The notes beneath the pieces were generated by a model. It saw nothing but the letters and a program-made list of their open reading frames with translations, did no database searches and was not told the DNA's origin. A program made the translations under genes and the position numbers. From a bacterium (GTDB taxonomy: Bacteria > Hydrothermota > DG-26 > JAUXAN01), in NCBI GenBank assembly GCA_030619885.1, contig JAUXAN010000001.1, positions 75,474-139,473 of the forward strand: DNA of 64,000 bases, in the 5' to 3' direction. Positions 49,375-58,379 of this stretch are shown here, in pieces (the first letter of the stretch is position 1; every line of letters starts with the position of its first letter).

Positions 49375-50343
49375 TTAGCCGATCGCTTTTGTTATCTCTT
49401 TATTAAATGCGAATATACTGAAAATGCCGCCAGTATGTATAAAAATAACCTTTTTATATCTGTTCTTTCTTAAATGGTTTAACATCCCATAGAATGCCTT
49501 TCCTGTATAAACAGGTTCTAAAATGATTCCTGATTTTGCAAGACGCCCTATGGTCTTTAATTCAGCAGGATAAGGAATGCCATACCCTTCACCAACAAAG
49601 CCATCAATCAGGTTTATATCATCTTCATTAATTTCTATGCCCAGATTAAACTTTTCGATTGCCATTTCACAAATCTTCCAAATTTTTTCTTTAAAATATT
49701 CAATCGTATCGCAGATAATTATTCCATTAAGGTCTATCTTTAGATTTAATGACTTTTTGCCAAGTAATAATCCAGCATAAGTTCCACCTGAACCAACAGC
49801 GCAATATACCGCTTCTATTTTATGTGCTTTGATAAAATCTTCCATCTCTTTCATACAATCAAGATAACCCAAGGCACCAATTTCGTTCGAACCTCCTACA
49901 GGAATGATGTAAGGTCTTTTACCTTTTCTCTTTAACCTATCAGCATACACTTTCATAATTTCATTTCGCTGCTGATACTGTGCAGGTGTAATATAATTTA
50001 CCCTTGCGTCTAATAATTTTTCAATTAAAAGATTTCCTGTATAAATTTTCCTCGGTTTCCCATAAAGACGTAACAATAGATGGCACTCAAATCCAAAATG
50101 CTGCGCAAATGCCGCAGTTGTTCGACAATGGTTTGATTGCACTGGACCACAGGTAATAATCGTATCGCAATTGTGATTTTTCGCATCGGCGATAAGATAC
50201 TCAAGTTTGCGCGCCTTATTGCCTGAAATGAGCAATCCATTCAAATCGTCACGCTTAATGTAGATTTTTGCAGTGGTTCTTAATCCCTGAATTTTTTCAA
50301 TCGGAGTCTTTAAAGTAATCTTCAGTGGTTTCAAAATTGCCAT
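49375..50343 (-). CDS. D-cysteine desulfhydrase / ACC deaminase family PLP enzyme
   Basis: KRDD...GNKARKL, QSNHCR, GSGGT, PVYTGKA, HTGG. Confidence 0.93.
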   Translation of the reverse strand: MAILKPLKITLKTPIEKIQGLRTTAKIYIKRDDLNGLLISGNKARKLEYLIADAKNHNCDTIITCGPVQSNHCRTTAAFAQHFGFECHLLLRLYGKPRKIYTGNLLIEKLLDARVNYITPAQYQQRNEIMKVYADRLKRKGKRPYIIPVGGSNEIGALGYLDCMKEMEDFIKAHKIEAVYCAVGSGGTYAGLLLGKKSLNLKIDLNGIIICDTIEYFKEKIWKICEMAIEKFNLGIEINEDDINLIDGFVGEGYGIPYPAELKTIGRLAKSGIILEPVYTGKAFYGMLNHLRKNRYKKVIFIHTGGIFSIFAFNKEITKAIG

Positions 50344-50362
50344 AATATATTCCTATTAATGA

Positions 50363-50905
50363 CTAATGACTGCAATTTTTATGCTTTAGGATTATTTTTA
50401 CTGCTTCTTTTATGTTGGATACGGTGTAGTCGGGTTTTACCTTCTTTTTTGTCTCCTTACCATACCCTGTTAGCACCAATATTGATTTTGAACCTGCATT
50501 TTTTCCAAGTTCTATATCTTCTTTTTTGTCTCCTACAACCCAGGAATTTTTCAAATTTAGGTTGAATTTTCTTTTTGCCTTCAAAATAAGCCCGGGTTTG
50601 GGCTTTCTGCATTCACAGTTTTCATCAGGATGATGTGGACAGAAGTATATACCATCTATTTGTGCGCCATCTTTTTTTAATATTTCAGTCAATCTCTTGT
50701 TGACCCTCTGAAGGGTCTCTATGGTGAAATAACCTCTTGCTACCCCGGATTGGGTTGTTATGATAACTACCTTGAATCCTGCCTCGTTCAGTTTTCTTAT
50801 CGCTTCACCGGCACCTCTGATGACCACTATCTTGTCTTCGCTGTCGATATAGCCCAGGTCTTTGCATATCGTTCCATCACGGTCAAAAAAGACTGCTATA
50901 TTCAT
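50363..50905 (-). CDS. gmhB: D,D-heptose 1,7-bisphosphate phosphatase (HAD IIIA)
   Basis: FDRDGT, QSGVARG, CPHHP..CECRKPKPG. Confidence 0.9.
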   Translation of the reverse strand: MNIAVFFDRDGTICKDLGYIDSEDKIVVIRGAGEAIRKLNEAGFKVVIITTQSGVARGYFTIETLQRVNKRLTEILKKDGAQIDGIYFCPHHPDENCECRKPKPGLILKAKRKFNLNLKNSWVVGDKKEDIELGKNAGSKSILVLTGYGKETKKKVKPDYTVSNIKEAVKIILKHKNCSH

Positions 50906-51059
50906 TGTTCCAGATTATGCGTTAATTCAGGAAATCCCAATACTACTAAATCCAAAATCCAAAGTAAATCCAAATTTCAAATTCCCAAGCAATTAATTTC
51001 GCATTTATTCGTGATAATTCGTCCATTTGGATCCAGAGATATTCATTCGTGGTTATGTT

Positions 51060-52022
51060 TTATTTCAGTTTCACCACCTTGACGGTTTTTTTATAATTTT
51101 CGGATTCAGCTCTGATGAGATATATACCGCATGGCAGTTTTCTTCCAAATCTGTCCTTGCCATCCCATAGTACAGTATTTAGTAGTTGGTAGTTAGTAGT
51201 TAGCGATTTATTAACAAAGGTACGGATAAGGCGACCACTTGTGTCATAAATTCGTATGGAGTGCTGTGACCGTGTCACAGCTGCATCGACATGGTCGATG
51301 CACTCCAAACTGATAACCGTGCTTGTGTGGAACGGATTTGGGAAGCATTTTAACCATCCATTTGAAATAAGCGAAGGAGATGGTTTTGATGCGACGCCAG
51401 TCTTAAACAGGGTCCTCGCTGAATAGTCCGAATACTCTGACCACGATGCCAATGGGTTATAACATAACAGAGTCTGAGACCCAGAGGACTCATACAGTGA
51501 GAAGGTTCCTGTGGGTGGACTGTCTCCCGGGTCTTCAATGAGTACCGCATGACTTCCAGGCTTGACCAGTATGTCACCCATCTCCACTTCCTCTTTTCCT
51601 ATCGAGTCATAATCTGTATACAGCCCCCAGGTACCGACCCTCGGAACCTCCCAGCATCTGCATATGAAGGCAGAGCAGTCTATACCTGCAGCCCAGTCAG
51701 GGGGATGAATTCCTGTAATAGAATCATATTTAATATAATGGCAGTAATGATTTCCTGCGGCTAAACTGCACTCAAGCAAAGAGTCGAATTCCCAGTATGA
51801 ATCATTCTGTCCATACCCATAAGCCTCACCCATATATATCTCACTTGGATTAAAATCGCAAGTTTGATGTAAAGGACAGCCGTATGTAGAATATAAACTA
51901 TCCCATAGAGTTGAGTTGTAATCAGCACAGTACCAGGAATGATTTGCATAGTTTTTGGCATTGCATATTATTTCCTCCCTTGTTATGGTGAAGAGTGAGA
52001 GGAAAATTATTATCTGCACCAT
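51060..52022 (-). CDS. Secreted NlpC/P60-like protein with FlgD/T9SS-like C-terminal domain
   Basis: GIDCSAFICRCW...GD...H; FPNPF...IYDTSGRLI...WDGKD..G...GIY. Confidence 0.75.
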   Translation of the reverse strand: MVQIIIFLSLFTITREEIICNAKNYANHSWYCADYNSTLWDSLYSTYGCPLHQTCDFNPSEIYMGEAYGYGQNDSYWEFDSLLECSLAAGNHYCHYIKYDSITGIHPPDWAAGIDCSAFICRCWEVPRVGTWGLYTDYDSIGKEEVEMGDILVKPGSHAVLIEDPGDSPPTGTFSLYESSGSQTLLCYNPLASWSEYSDYSARTLFKTGVASKPSPSLISNGWLKCFPNPFHTSTVISLECIDHVDAAVTRSQHSIRIYDTSGRLIRTFVNKSLTTNYQLLNTVLWDGKDRFGRKLPCGIYLIRAESENYKKTVKVVKLK

Positions 52023-52816
52023 TTTATGATATCAATGTTCTTCTCCTTCGATGTATAGAGTTGAAATATGTCGCCATTTTCATCTACGCATATGTCTCTG
52101 TTGCCAGTGTGGTAACTGAAATACCCTTTCGGGAGGTCTTCAATCTCTGCAAGTAATTTTCCTTTGGCAGAATATTTTTTAAAGTTCCTTCTATATTTAT
52201 AATCATTCCCCTCTTTCTGTGCCGAAATAGAAACAAAATACAAATTTCCTTTTCTGTCAGAACCTATGAACTCTGCATCACCTTCTGGCTTGAAAGATGG
52301 GAGAGCCTTACTCTCTTTGAGTGAATAGAGATCATCTTCCTCTAATACGAAATTGAAGAGTCTTCTATTTATATATAGACAGAATTCACCACCGGGGTTT
52401 ATCATAATCTGTTTGGCGGGCTTCGATGGATCCTTATAAAAGTTGTATCTTTTGATCTCCTCGCCTTCTTTATTATACACCTTTACATAATTCACCTTCG
52501 TTCTATTCTCCAACAGATAGATATTTCCATCTCCATCAACTGCAAGGTCTGCTGGATAGAAATTTGCATCTACTGTTGAAACGAAATTGCCATCATAGTT
52601 ATAGATTGAAACTCGGTGATTTATCCTATCTAATATGTAGATACATCCCGATTTAGCACAGATTCTATTAGGCCCGTATGGTGCACCCTCTTCAGATAGT
52701 CCAACTTGATAGTTACCATTTCCACAACTTAAAGAGAGGAGAGTATGGGGGAGATAGTCCTTCTTCACATTAGGGGTCACCAGGATTAAAAATAGGCTAA
52801 ATATAATTTTTGACAC
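52010..52816 (-). CDS. Secreted NHL/beta-propeller-like protein
   Basis: IYILDRINHRV, DLAVDGDGNIY, VDENGDIF. Confidence 0.7.
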   Translation of the reverse strand: MSKIIFSLFLILVTPNVKKDYLPHTLLSLSCGNGNYQVGLSEEGAPYGPNRICAKSGCIYILDRINHRVSIYNYDGNFVSTVDANFYPADLAVDGDGNIYLLENRTKVNYVKVYNKEGEEIKRYNFYKDPSKPAKQIMINPGGEFCLYINRRLFNFVLEEDDLYSLKESKALPSFKPEGDAEFIGSDRKGNLYFVSISAQKEGNDYKYRRNFKKYSAKGKLLAEIEDLPKGYFSYHTGNRDICVDENGDIFQLYTSKEKNIDIIKWCR

Positions 52817-53771
52817 AAGTCATCACCTCTTCTACTCCTGTTGACTTCAGACACTCGTAGGTATGATTTCGGCAGGTTCGTTCGTAGCATGGGCTGCAGT
52901 CGAGTCCTATCTTTATTACTTTGTGATTTTTCCCAAGAGGTCCTGTCCATTTTGGGTTAGTGCTTCCAAAAATTGCTATGGTGGGGGTGCCTACCGCTGC
53001 TGCAAGGTGCATAATGCCTGTATCATTACATATAAAAAGGTCGCATTGCTTCATTATGCTTGCTGCCTCAATCAGAGGTACTTTACCCACAAGATTGATC
53101 GGGTCTTCCTCCATACATTCGTTCATTTTGAGTGCAATCTCTTTTTCTTCATATCCTCCAAATATGAATACCTTCGCTTTATACCGCCTTGTAAGTTCAT
53201 CTCCAACAAGTGCAAAATTCTTTAGAGCCCACCGCTTTGCTGGACCGTATGTCGCCCCGGGGGCAATACCTACCCACGGATGGGGTATGTCTGAAAAATG
53301 TATATTTTCGGGTGGAATAATATGTGGAATGATGGAGACGATTTTCGGGTTCAATATCCTTGCAAGGTCTATGTAGGTATTAACGAGGTGTCTCTCTCTA
53401 TAAGCATCGGACAATTTCAACTTTTTACTCAGAAAGAGACCGCGATGTTCATTCAAATACCCAATCCTCTCCTTAACACCACACAAATATATGAAAAATG
53501 CAGAAGAGAAAGAGAATGGAAAAACGACTCCTATATCGTATCTTTCTTTGTGCAGTCCTTTTGAAATTTTAACCAAGTCTTTTCTGTTTGAAAAAGGGAG
53601 AGCATCTGTCACATATGGAAGGTTCTTAAAAATTTCTGAGGTTCGCTGGTGTGCAATAACACAAAGTCTATTGGCAACAGAAGCAACTGTCTCTATCGCT
53701 GGTATTGATAGGATGGCATCGCCAATCCAGTTCGGAGTCCTTATGACAATATTTTTCTTACGCCTTTCCAT
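52797..53771 (-). CDS. waaF: Lipopolysaccharide heptosyltransferase II
   Basis: PNWIGDA, APGATYGPAKRW, NDTGIMHLAAA. Confidence 0.92.
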   Translation of the reverse strand: MERRKKNIVIRTPNWIGDAILSIPAIETVASVANRLCVIAHQRTSEIFKNLPYVTDALPFSNRKDLVKISKGLHKERYDIGVVFPFSFSSAFFIYLCGVKERIGYLNEHRGLFLSKKLKLSDAYRERHLVNTYIDLARILNPKIVSIIPHIIPPENIHFSDIPHPWVGIAPGATYGPAKRWALKNFALVGDELTRRYKAKVFIFGGYEEKEIALKMNECMEEDPINLVGKVPLIEAASIMKQCDLFICNDTGIMHLAAAVGTPTIAIFGSTNPKWTGPLGKNHKVIKIGLDCSPCYERTCRNHTYECLKSTGVEEVMTCVKNYI

Positions 53772-54352
53772 CTCCTCCTCGTTTGAAGTGGTAAGATATT
53801 CTCCTTCTCAAAATAGCTTTCTATAAACCGCATCGTACCCTTATTGGGGTAACCTTTACCAAAATTAAAACCCATTTTTCTATGCAATCTTTTGATTCTT
53901 TCATCCCTTGTGACCTTGGCGATGATAGAAGCCGCCTGACAGGGAGGATAGGTATCATCCGCCTTTTTTTCATATATCAGGACTATTCCTGGTTTCAAGA
54001 TTTTGATCAGATTTTCTCGCTTGAGATTTCCCAGACTATCAACTATTACCTTTTTTGGATTCAGCCTGTTCACTATTTTCGCTATCCTTTCCAATTCCAG
54101 TTCTGTTAAATTTCTACGGTCTATATCGTGAAAAGATATCTCTTCTATACAATAGTCTTCAACCAATTCTATTATTTCGGGATACAGTTCTTCTCTTTTA
54201 TGTGGTGTCAGTTTCTTACTATCGCGCACACCCAATTTTGATAGAAGGTCAATCTTATGATTTCTAATTTTCACACCTGCTACTATCATTGGACCGATAA
54301 CCGCTCCCCTTCCTGCTTCATCAATACCTACCACAGATTCTTCCATCATCAT
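53741..54352 (-). CDS. rnhB: Ribonuclease HII (archaeal-like sequence)
   Basis: GIDEAGRG, DSKKL, KADDTYP..AASIIAKVTRD, GYP. Confidence 0.92.
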   Translation of the reverse strand: MMMEESVVGIDEAGRGAVIGPMIVAGVKIRNHKIDLLSKLGVRDSKKLTPHKREELYPEIIELVEDYCIEEISFHDIDRRNLTELELERIAKIVNRLNPKKVIVDSLGNLKRENLIKILKPGIVLIYEKKADDTYPPCQAASIIAKVTRDERIKRLHRKMGFNFGKGYPNKGTMRFIESYFEKENILPLQTRRRWKGVRKILS

Positions 54353-55344
54353 TTACAAACTTTATTGAAAACCCTGATGAAATTTCCACCGAGAATACTT
54401 TTTATTTCTTCTTCGTTATATCCTCGTGCCACGAGTCTTTTAGTTATTTCAGGGAATTTACTCGCATCTTCAACCCCACTAACAGGGTCTTTAATCCCAT
54501 CAAAATCAGAACCTAAAGCGATATGTTTGGTTCCGACTAACTTTTTGATATAGTCTATATGATCCACGATAGCTTCAACAGTCGCCTTTTTATTTGAGAG
54601 AAATTTGGATGAAAAATTTATGCCTATAACACCATCTGTATTTGCTATTGCAATTATCTCCTCGTCTGAAAGGTTTCTTGGATGTTCTCTCAAAGTGTAA
54701 GCGCAGGAGTGTGATGCGACTATGGGGTGTGCTGAAATCTTTGCTATGTCCAGGACAGTTTTCTTCGATGCATGGGAGACATCTATGACTATTCCAAGTC
54801 TGTTCATCTCACGAATTACCTTTTTCCCAAATGGAAGTAAGCCTCTATCCGGTTTACTCCAGCAGGATGTTGCAATCTTGTTCGAGTTATTCCATGTAAT
54901 CGTCAATAGTCTGATGCCAAGTTTGTGAAAGGTCCTCAATATTGCAAGGTCTCCTTCCACAGTGTGCCCACCTTCGATCCCTAACACAGCTGCTATCTTC
55001 CCATCTTTGGCGATATTTTCAATATCTCCACTTTTCTTTGCGGGTTGAATTTCTCCGTTAAATTTATCAAGTTGGTTATAAAATGTATCTATGAGATGCA
55101 GAGTTGATTTCAAATAATTTTTGCACTTTGGGTCAACCAAGCACGCAAACACCTGACACTTGACACCGCCCTCTTTCAACTTGGGTAAATTTATATGTCC
55201 TCGTGCTGTTTTCAGATCTTCGTTCTTTCCAATTCGAAGTAGGGTGTCGCAATGCAAGTCACAAAGAATGGATTCTCTATGCAGTTTTTCAACTGATAAA
55301 GTTGACATCATTAAAAAGCAGAGAAGAAATCTAACAGTTTCCAT
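54349..55344 (-). CDS. Membrane dipeptidase (peptidase M19)
   Basis: DLHCD, IEG, DVSH, ASHS, GSDFDG. Confidence 0.92.
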   Translation of the reverse strand: METVRFLLCFLMMSTLSVEKLHRESILCDLHCDTLLRIGKNEDLKTARGHINLPKLKEGGVKCQVFACLVDPKCKNYLKSTLHLIDTFYNQLDKFNGEIQPAKKSGDIENIAKDGKIAAVLGIEGGHTVEGDLAILRTFHKLGIRLLTITWNNSNKIATSCWSKPDRGLLPFGKKVIREMNRLGIVIDVSHASKKTVLDIAKISAHPIVASHSCAYTLREHPRNLSDEEIIAIANTDGVIGINFSSKFLSNKKATVEAIVDHIDYIKKLVGTKHIALGSDFDGIKDPVSGVEDASKFPEITKRLVARGYNEEEIKSILGGNFIRVFNKVCK

Positions 55345-55366
55345 CGGAATAGAGAATCACCGATTT

Positions 55367-55939
55367 TTATTTAGACCTGTATCCAGACTCGAACGCCAAT
55401 TTATTCACTTCTATCGTTTTCTTTGGAACCCTTTCTTCAATAACAGCCAGCCAATTTTCATATGCAAGTTCGATATGACGTGCCAGTACACCGAGCAGAA
55501 CAACATTTAAGGTGCGGATATTGCCTGTGCTTTTAGCAATACCTAATCCATCAATCACTACGAGATTGGATGCATGCTTTTTAATTTTATCAATCACATC
55601 TTGTGGATACTCTACTTCACCTGAGGCAACTGGTATAGGGAGAATTGCCATATCGTTGACGATAACGGTGCCATTTTTTTCAATATAAGAGAGATTCCTT
55701 AAAGCCTCTAGTTTCTCATAAGAGAGAATTATATCTGCTCCACCCTCACCAATGAGCGGCGAATGGACCTTTTCACCATATCTCACATGAGAAATTACGC
55801 TCCCACCTCGTTGTGCCATACCATGAACCTCGCTCTTCTTCATATCGTAACCAGAATTCATACAGACTTCTGCAAGGATGTCGCTTGAAAGAAGGATACC
55901 CTGTCCTCCAACTCCACATATAAGAATACTTTTGGTCAC
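55367..55939 (-). CDS. iorB: Indolepyruvate oxidoreductase subunit beta
   Basis: GVGGQG, SEVHGMAQRGGSV. Confidence 0.92.
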   Translation of the reverse strand: MTKSILICGVGGQGILLSSDILAEVCMNSGYDMKKSEVHGMAQRGGSVISHVRYGEKVHSPLIGEGGADIILSYEKLEALRNLSYIEKNGTVIVNDMAILPIPVASGEVEYPQDVIDKIKKHASNLVVIDGLGIAKSTGNIRTLNVVLLGVLARHIELAYENWLAVIEERVPKKTIEVNKLAFESGYRSK

Positions 55940-56131
55940 ATCTAAAATATATCTTAACGACCAAAAATTGTCAAGAAAAATCGACCTATCTCTGGATCCG
56001 TATGGAATGTACCGAGTGAACCGAGGTGCTAATGGTCAGATTTTTTCCATACGGATCCCATATCCCTACGGATCCGTATGGACGGGTCTGCGACCGTAGG
56101 GACTGACCCCATGCTTTATACCTCCTTCAAG

Positions 56132-56338
56132 GAGAGTGTTGAAAAAACCATCAATGAGTTTCGGCAGGGGTATTTGGTTCCCTTGCTCCTAACTTTACGA
56201 ATGTCGCTTAGTATCCGTATGTCTTTCATACTAAAAGGGTTAGCCAAAGTGACGGGTTTTGTGCCAAGGATTGTCGACGGATCTGCACTCACCAAAAACC
56301 CCTGCCTTCTTTATGGGAAAAGGTTTTTCAACACTCTC
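56132..56338. mobile_element. 207-bp MITE with 15-bp perfect TIR and 5-bp TCAAG duplication
   Basis: GAGAGTGTTGAAAAA...TTTTTCAACACTCTC, TCAAG at 56127-56131 and 56339-56343; empty site at 48701-48718. Confidence 0.9.
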
Positions 56339-56476
56339 TCAAGGGGTCAAGAAAAAAGAAACTACAGTTTTCACAGATTAAATCACAGGGGAAAGTCCGC
56401 AGGATGCTGTGCAGAAGAATTAGGGGATAGGATTCAATGACTTCCGAGAACCGTCCCCAATAGGTCCATAAAGACT

Positions 56477-58219
56477 CTACCTTATCAATATCATCTTACT
56501 CGTATATCGAAAATCACCTGAAGACAACTGATAGAAGTAAACGCCATCTGGAACTGCTCTTCCAGATTCATCCCTGCCATTCCAGACTACTGAATACATG
56601 GAAGACCAAGGATGTTGACACGGAGTGACACGGAAAGTATGGACAAGGCGTCCGGATGTATCGTATATCTTCAAATTTACGTTATTCGTCTTTCGTTCAT
56701 CGTTCATCGAAGGTAACGAATAACTAATAACGGTGAACGAATTGAATGGATTCGGATAGTTTTGTGCAAGTTCAGTTGGAGTAGAAGGCACACCATAAAC
56801 TGTAACCATCATCGGACCCCACCAGGTTGTATTTCCATAAGCATCAACATCTCCCAATTTGTAATAGTATGTTATTCCAGCAGTGACATCGGTATCAGTA
56901 TATGAATATTCCTGAGCATATGGTGTAGAGCCTTGCGACTTGATTCTTACGACTTCTTCGTATCCGCCATCCCTTTCACTTGAACGGACAATTACCCATT
57001 CGTATGTATCGATCTCACTCTCCGTCCGCCACTTCAAGACAACCTTAGCGTTAAATGATTCACCAGTGAAGGAAGTGAGTTCTACACCCATAGAAGTAGG
57101 CGAATATTTTACAGTATAATAGTCCTCATTTCCGCCTATATACGATTGACCTGTCACGATTATGTTGCCCGACCCGTCAACTGCGACATCCCATGCTCTA
57201 TCATTATTCCCGTTATCTACTGTATCTGACCAGATTATGTTACCATCCGAGTCATACTTAACCGTATAATAGTCCCAATTTCCGCCTATATTCGAACCTC
57301 CTGTCACGATTATATTGCCCGCTCCGTCAACCGCCACTCCATTAGCATAATCATTGTTTCCATTATCTACTGTATCTGACCAGATTATGTTACCATCCGG
57401 GTCATACTTAACCGTATAATAGTCCCAATTTCCGCTTATACTCGAACCTCCTGTCACGATTATATTGCCCGCTCCGTCAACCGCCACTCCATTAGCATAG
57501 TCATTGTTTCCATTATCGATTGTATCTGCCCAGATTATGTTACCGCTCGAATTATACTTAACCGTATAATAGTCCCAATTTCCGCTTATAACCGATCTGC
57601 CTGTCACGATTATATTGCCAGCACTGTCAACCGCTACACCCAAAGCCCAATCATCGGCTCCATTATCGATTGTGTCTGCCCAGAGTATAGTCCCACCCGT
57701 ATCATACTTGACCGTATAATAATCGTAACCTACGCCTATATTCGATCTGCCTGTCACGATTATATTGTCTGCTCCATCAACTGCTACATCCCAAAACAAT
57801 TCATCGCTCCCATTATCAATTGTATCTGCCCAGATTATGGTGCCGCCCGGATCATACTTAACCGTATAACAATCCCAATTTGCGCCTGTACCAGAGCGAC
57901 CTGTCACGATTATATTGCCCGCTCTGTCAACTGCTACTCCATAACCATAATCCCAATTCCCGTTATCGATTGTATCTGTCCAGATTATGTTATCATCCGG
58001 GCCATACTTGACCGTATAATAGTCCGCGTTTCCTATATATGAAACACCTGCCACGATTATGTTGTCAACACTGTCAACTACTACACCGTAAGCTTCATCA
58101 ATACTCCCGTTATCAATTGTACCTGTCCATACTATTTTGTAATCATCTGCGTTCAGAGGTGCACTTGCAAAGGCTACGAGCGTAATTGCTAACCCACTCA
58201 AAAATTTATAGATACGCAT
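56477..58219 (-). CDS. Secreted 7-bladed beta-propeller (SBBP-like) protein with FlgD/T9SS-like C-terminal domain
   Basis: Signal peptide from MRIYKF, 7 x 50-aa repeats, VELTSF linker, QNYPNPFN...GVYFYQL. Confidence 0.88.
   Translation of the reverse strand: MRIYKFLSGLAITLVAFASAPLNADDYKIVWTGTIDNGSIDEAYGVVVDSVDNIIVAGVSYIGNADYYTVKYGPDDNIIWTDTIDNGNWDYGYGVAVDRAGNIIVTGRSGTGANWDCYTVKYDPGGTIIWADTIDNGSDELFWDVAVDGADNIIVTGRSNIGVGYDYYTVKYDTGGTILWADTIDNGADDWALGVAVDSAGNIIVTGRSVISGNWDYYTVKYNSSGNIIWADTIDNGNNDYANGVAVDGAGNIIVTGGSSISGNWDYYTVKYDPDGNIIWSDTVDNGNNDYANGVAVDGAGNIIVTGGSNIGGNWDYYTVKYDSDGNIIWSDTVDNGNNDRAWDVAVDGSGNIIVTGQSYIGGNEDYYTVKYSPTSMGVELTSFTGESFNAKVVLKWRTESEIDTYEWVIVRSSERDGGYEEVVRIKSQGSTPYAQEYSYTDTDVTAGITYYYKLGDVDAYGNTTWWGPMMVTVYGVPSTPTELAQNYPNPFNSFTVISYSLPSMNDERKTNNVNLKIYDTSGRLVHTFRVTPCQHPWSSMYSVVWNGRDESGRAVPDGVYFYQLSSGDFRYTSKMILIR
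57101..58140. repeat. Seven intragenic tandem repeats, exact 150-bp period
   Basis: AC(C/A)GTATAA at 57111, 57261, 57411, 57561, 57711, 57861 and 58011. Confidence 0.95.
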
Positions 58220-58379
58220 ACTACCTCTTTTTCCCATCTCTACCTTTATATATATATATATTATAAACTGAGTATAAACGAAATGTAAATTTCTGGCAAA
58301 GAAGAGATAGCAGATAGGGGTCAACAGGCTGACCATGAAGGTCTTGACACTTGATAGAAGTTTTTTAATACTGTTTGAG

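Noticed and set aside
56078-56440. 120-aa ORF as a real gene or transposase
   Set aside because: Runs across the MITE and nested repeats with no recognisable motifs
57101-58140. CRISPR or non-coding tandem array
   Set aside because: The 150-bp units are in-frame protein repeats without unique spacers
58220-58336. N-terminal extension of the beta-propeller protein in the ORF track
   Set aside because: Crosses the divergent promoter region; the RBS and signal peptide point to 58219
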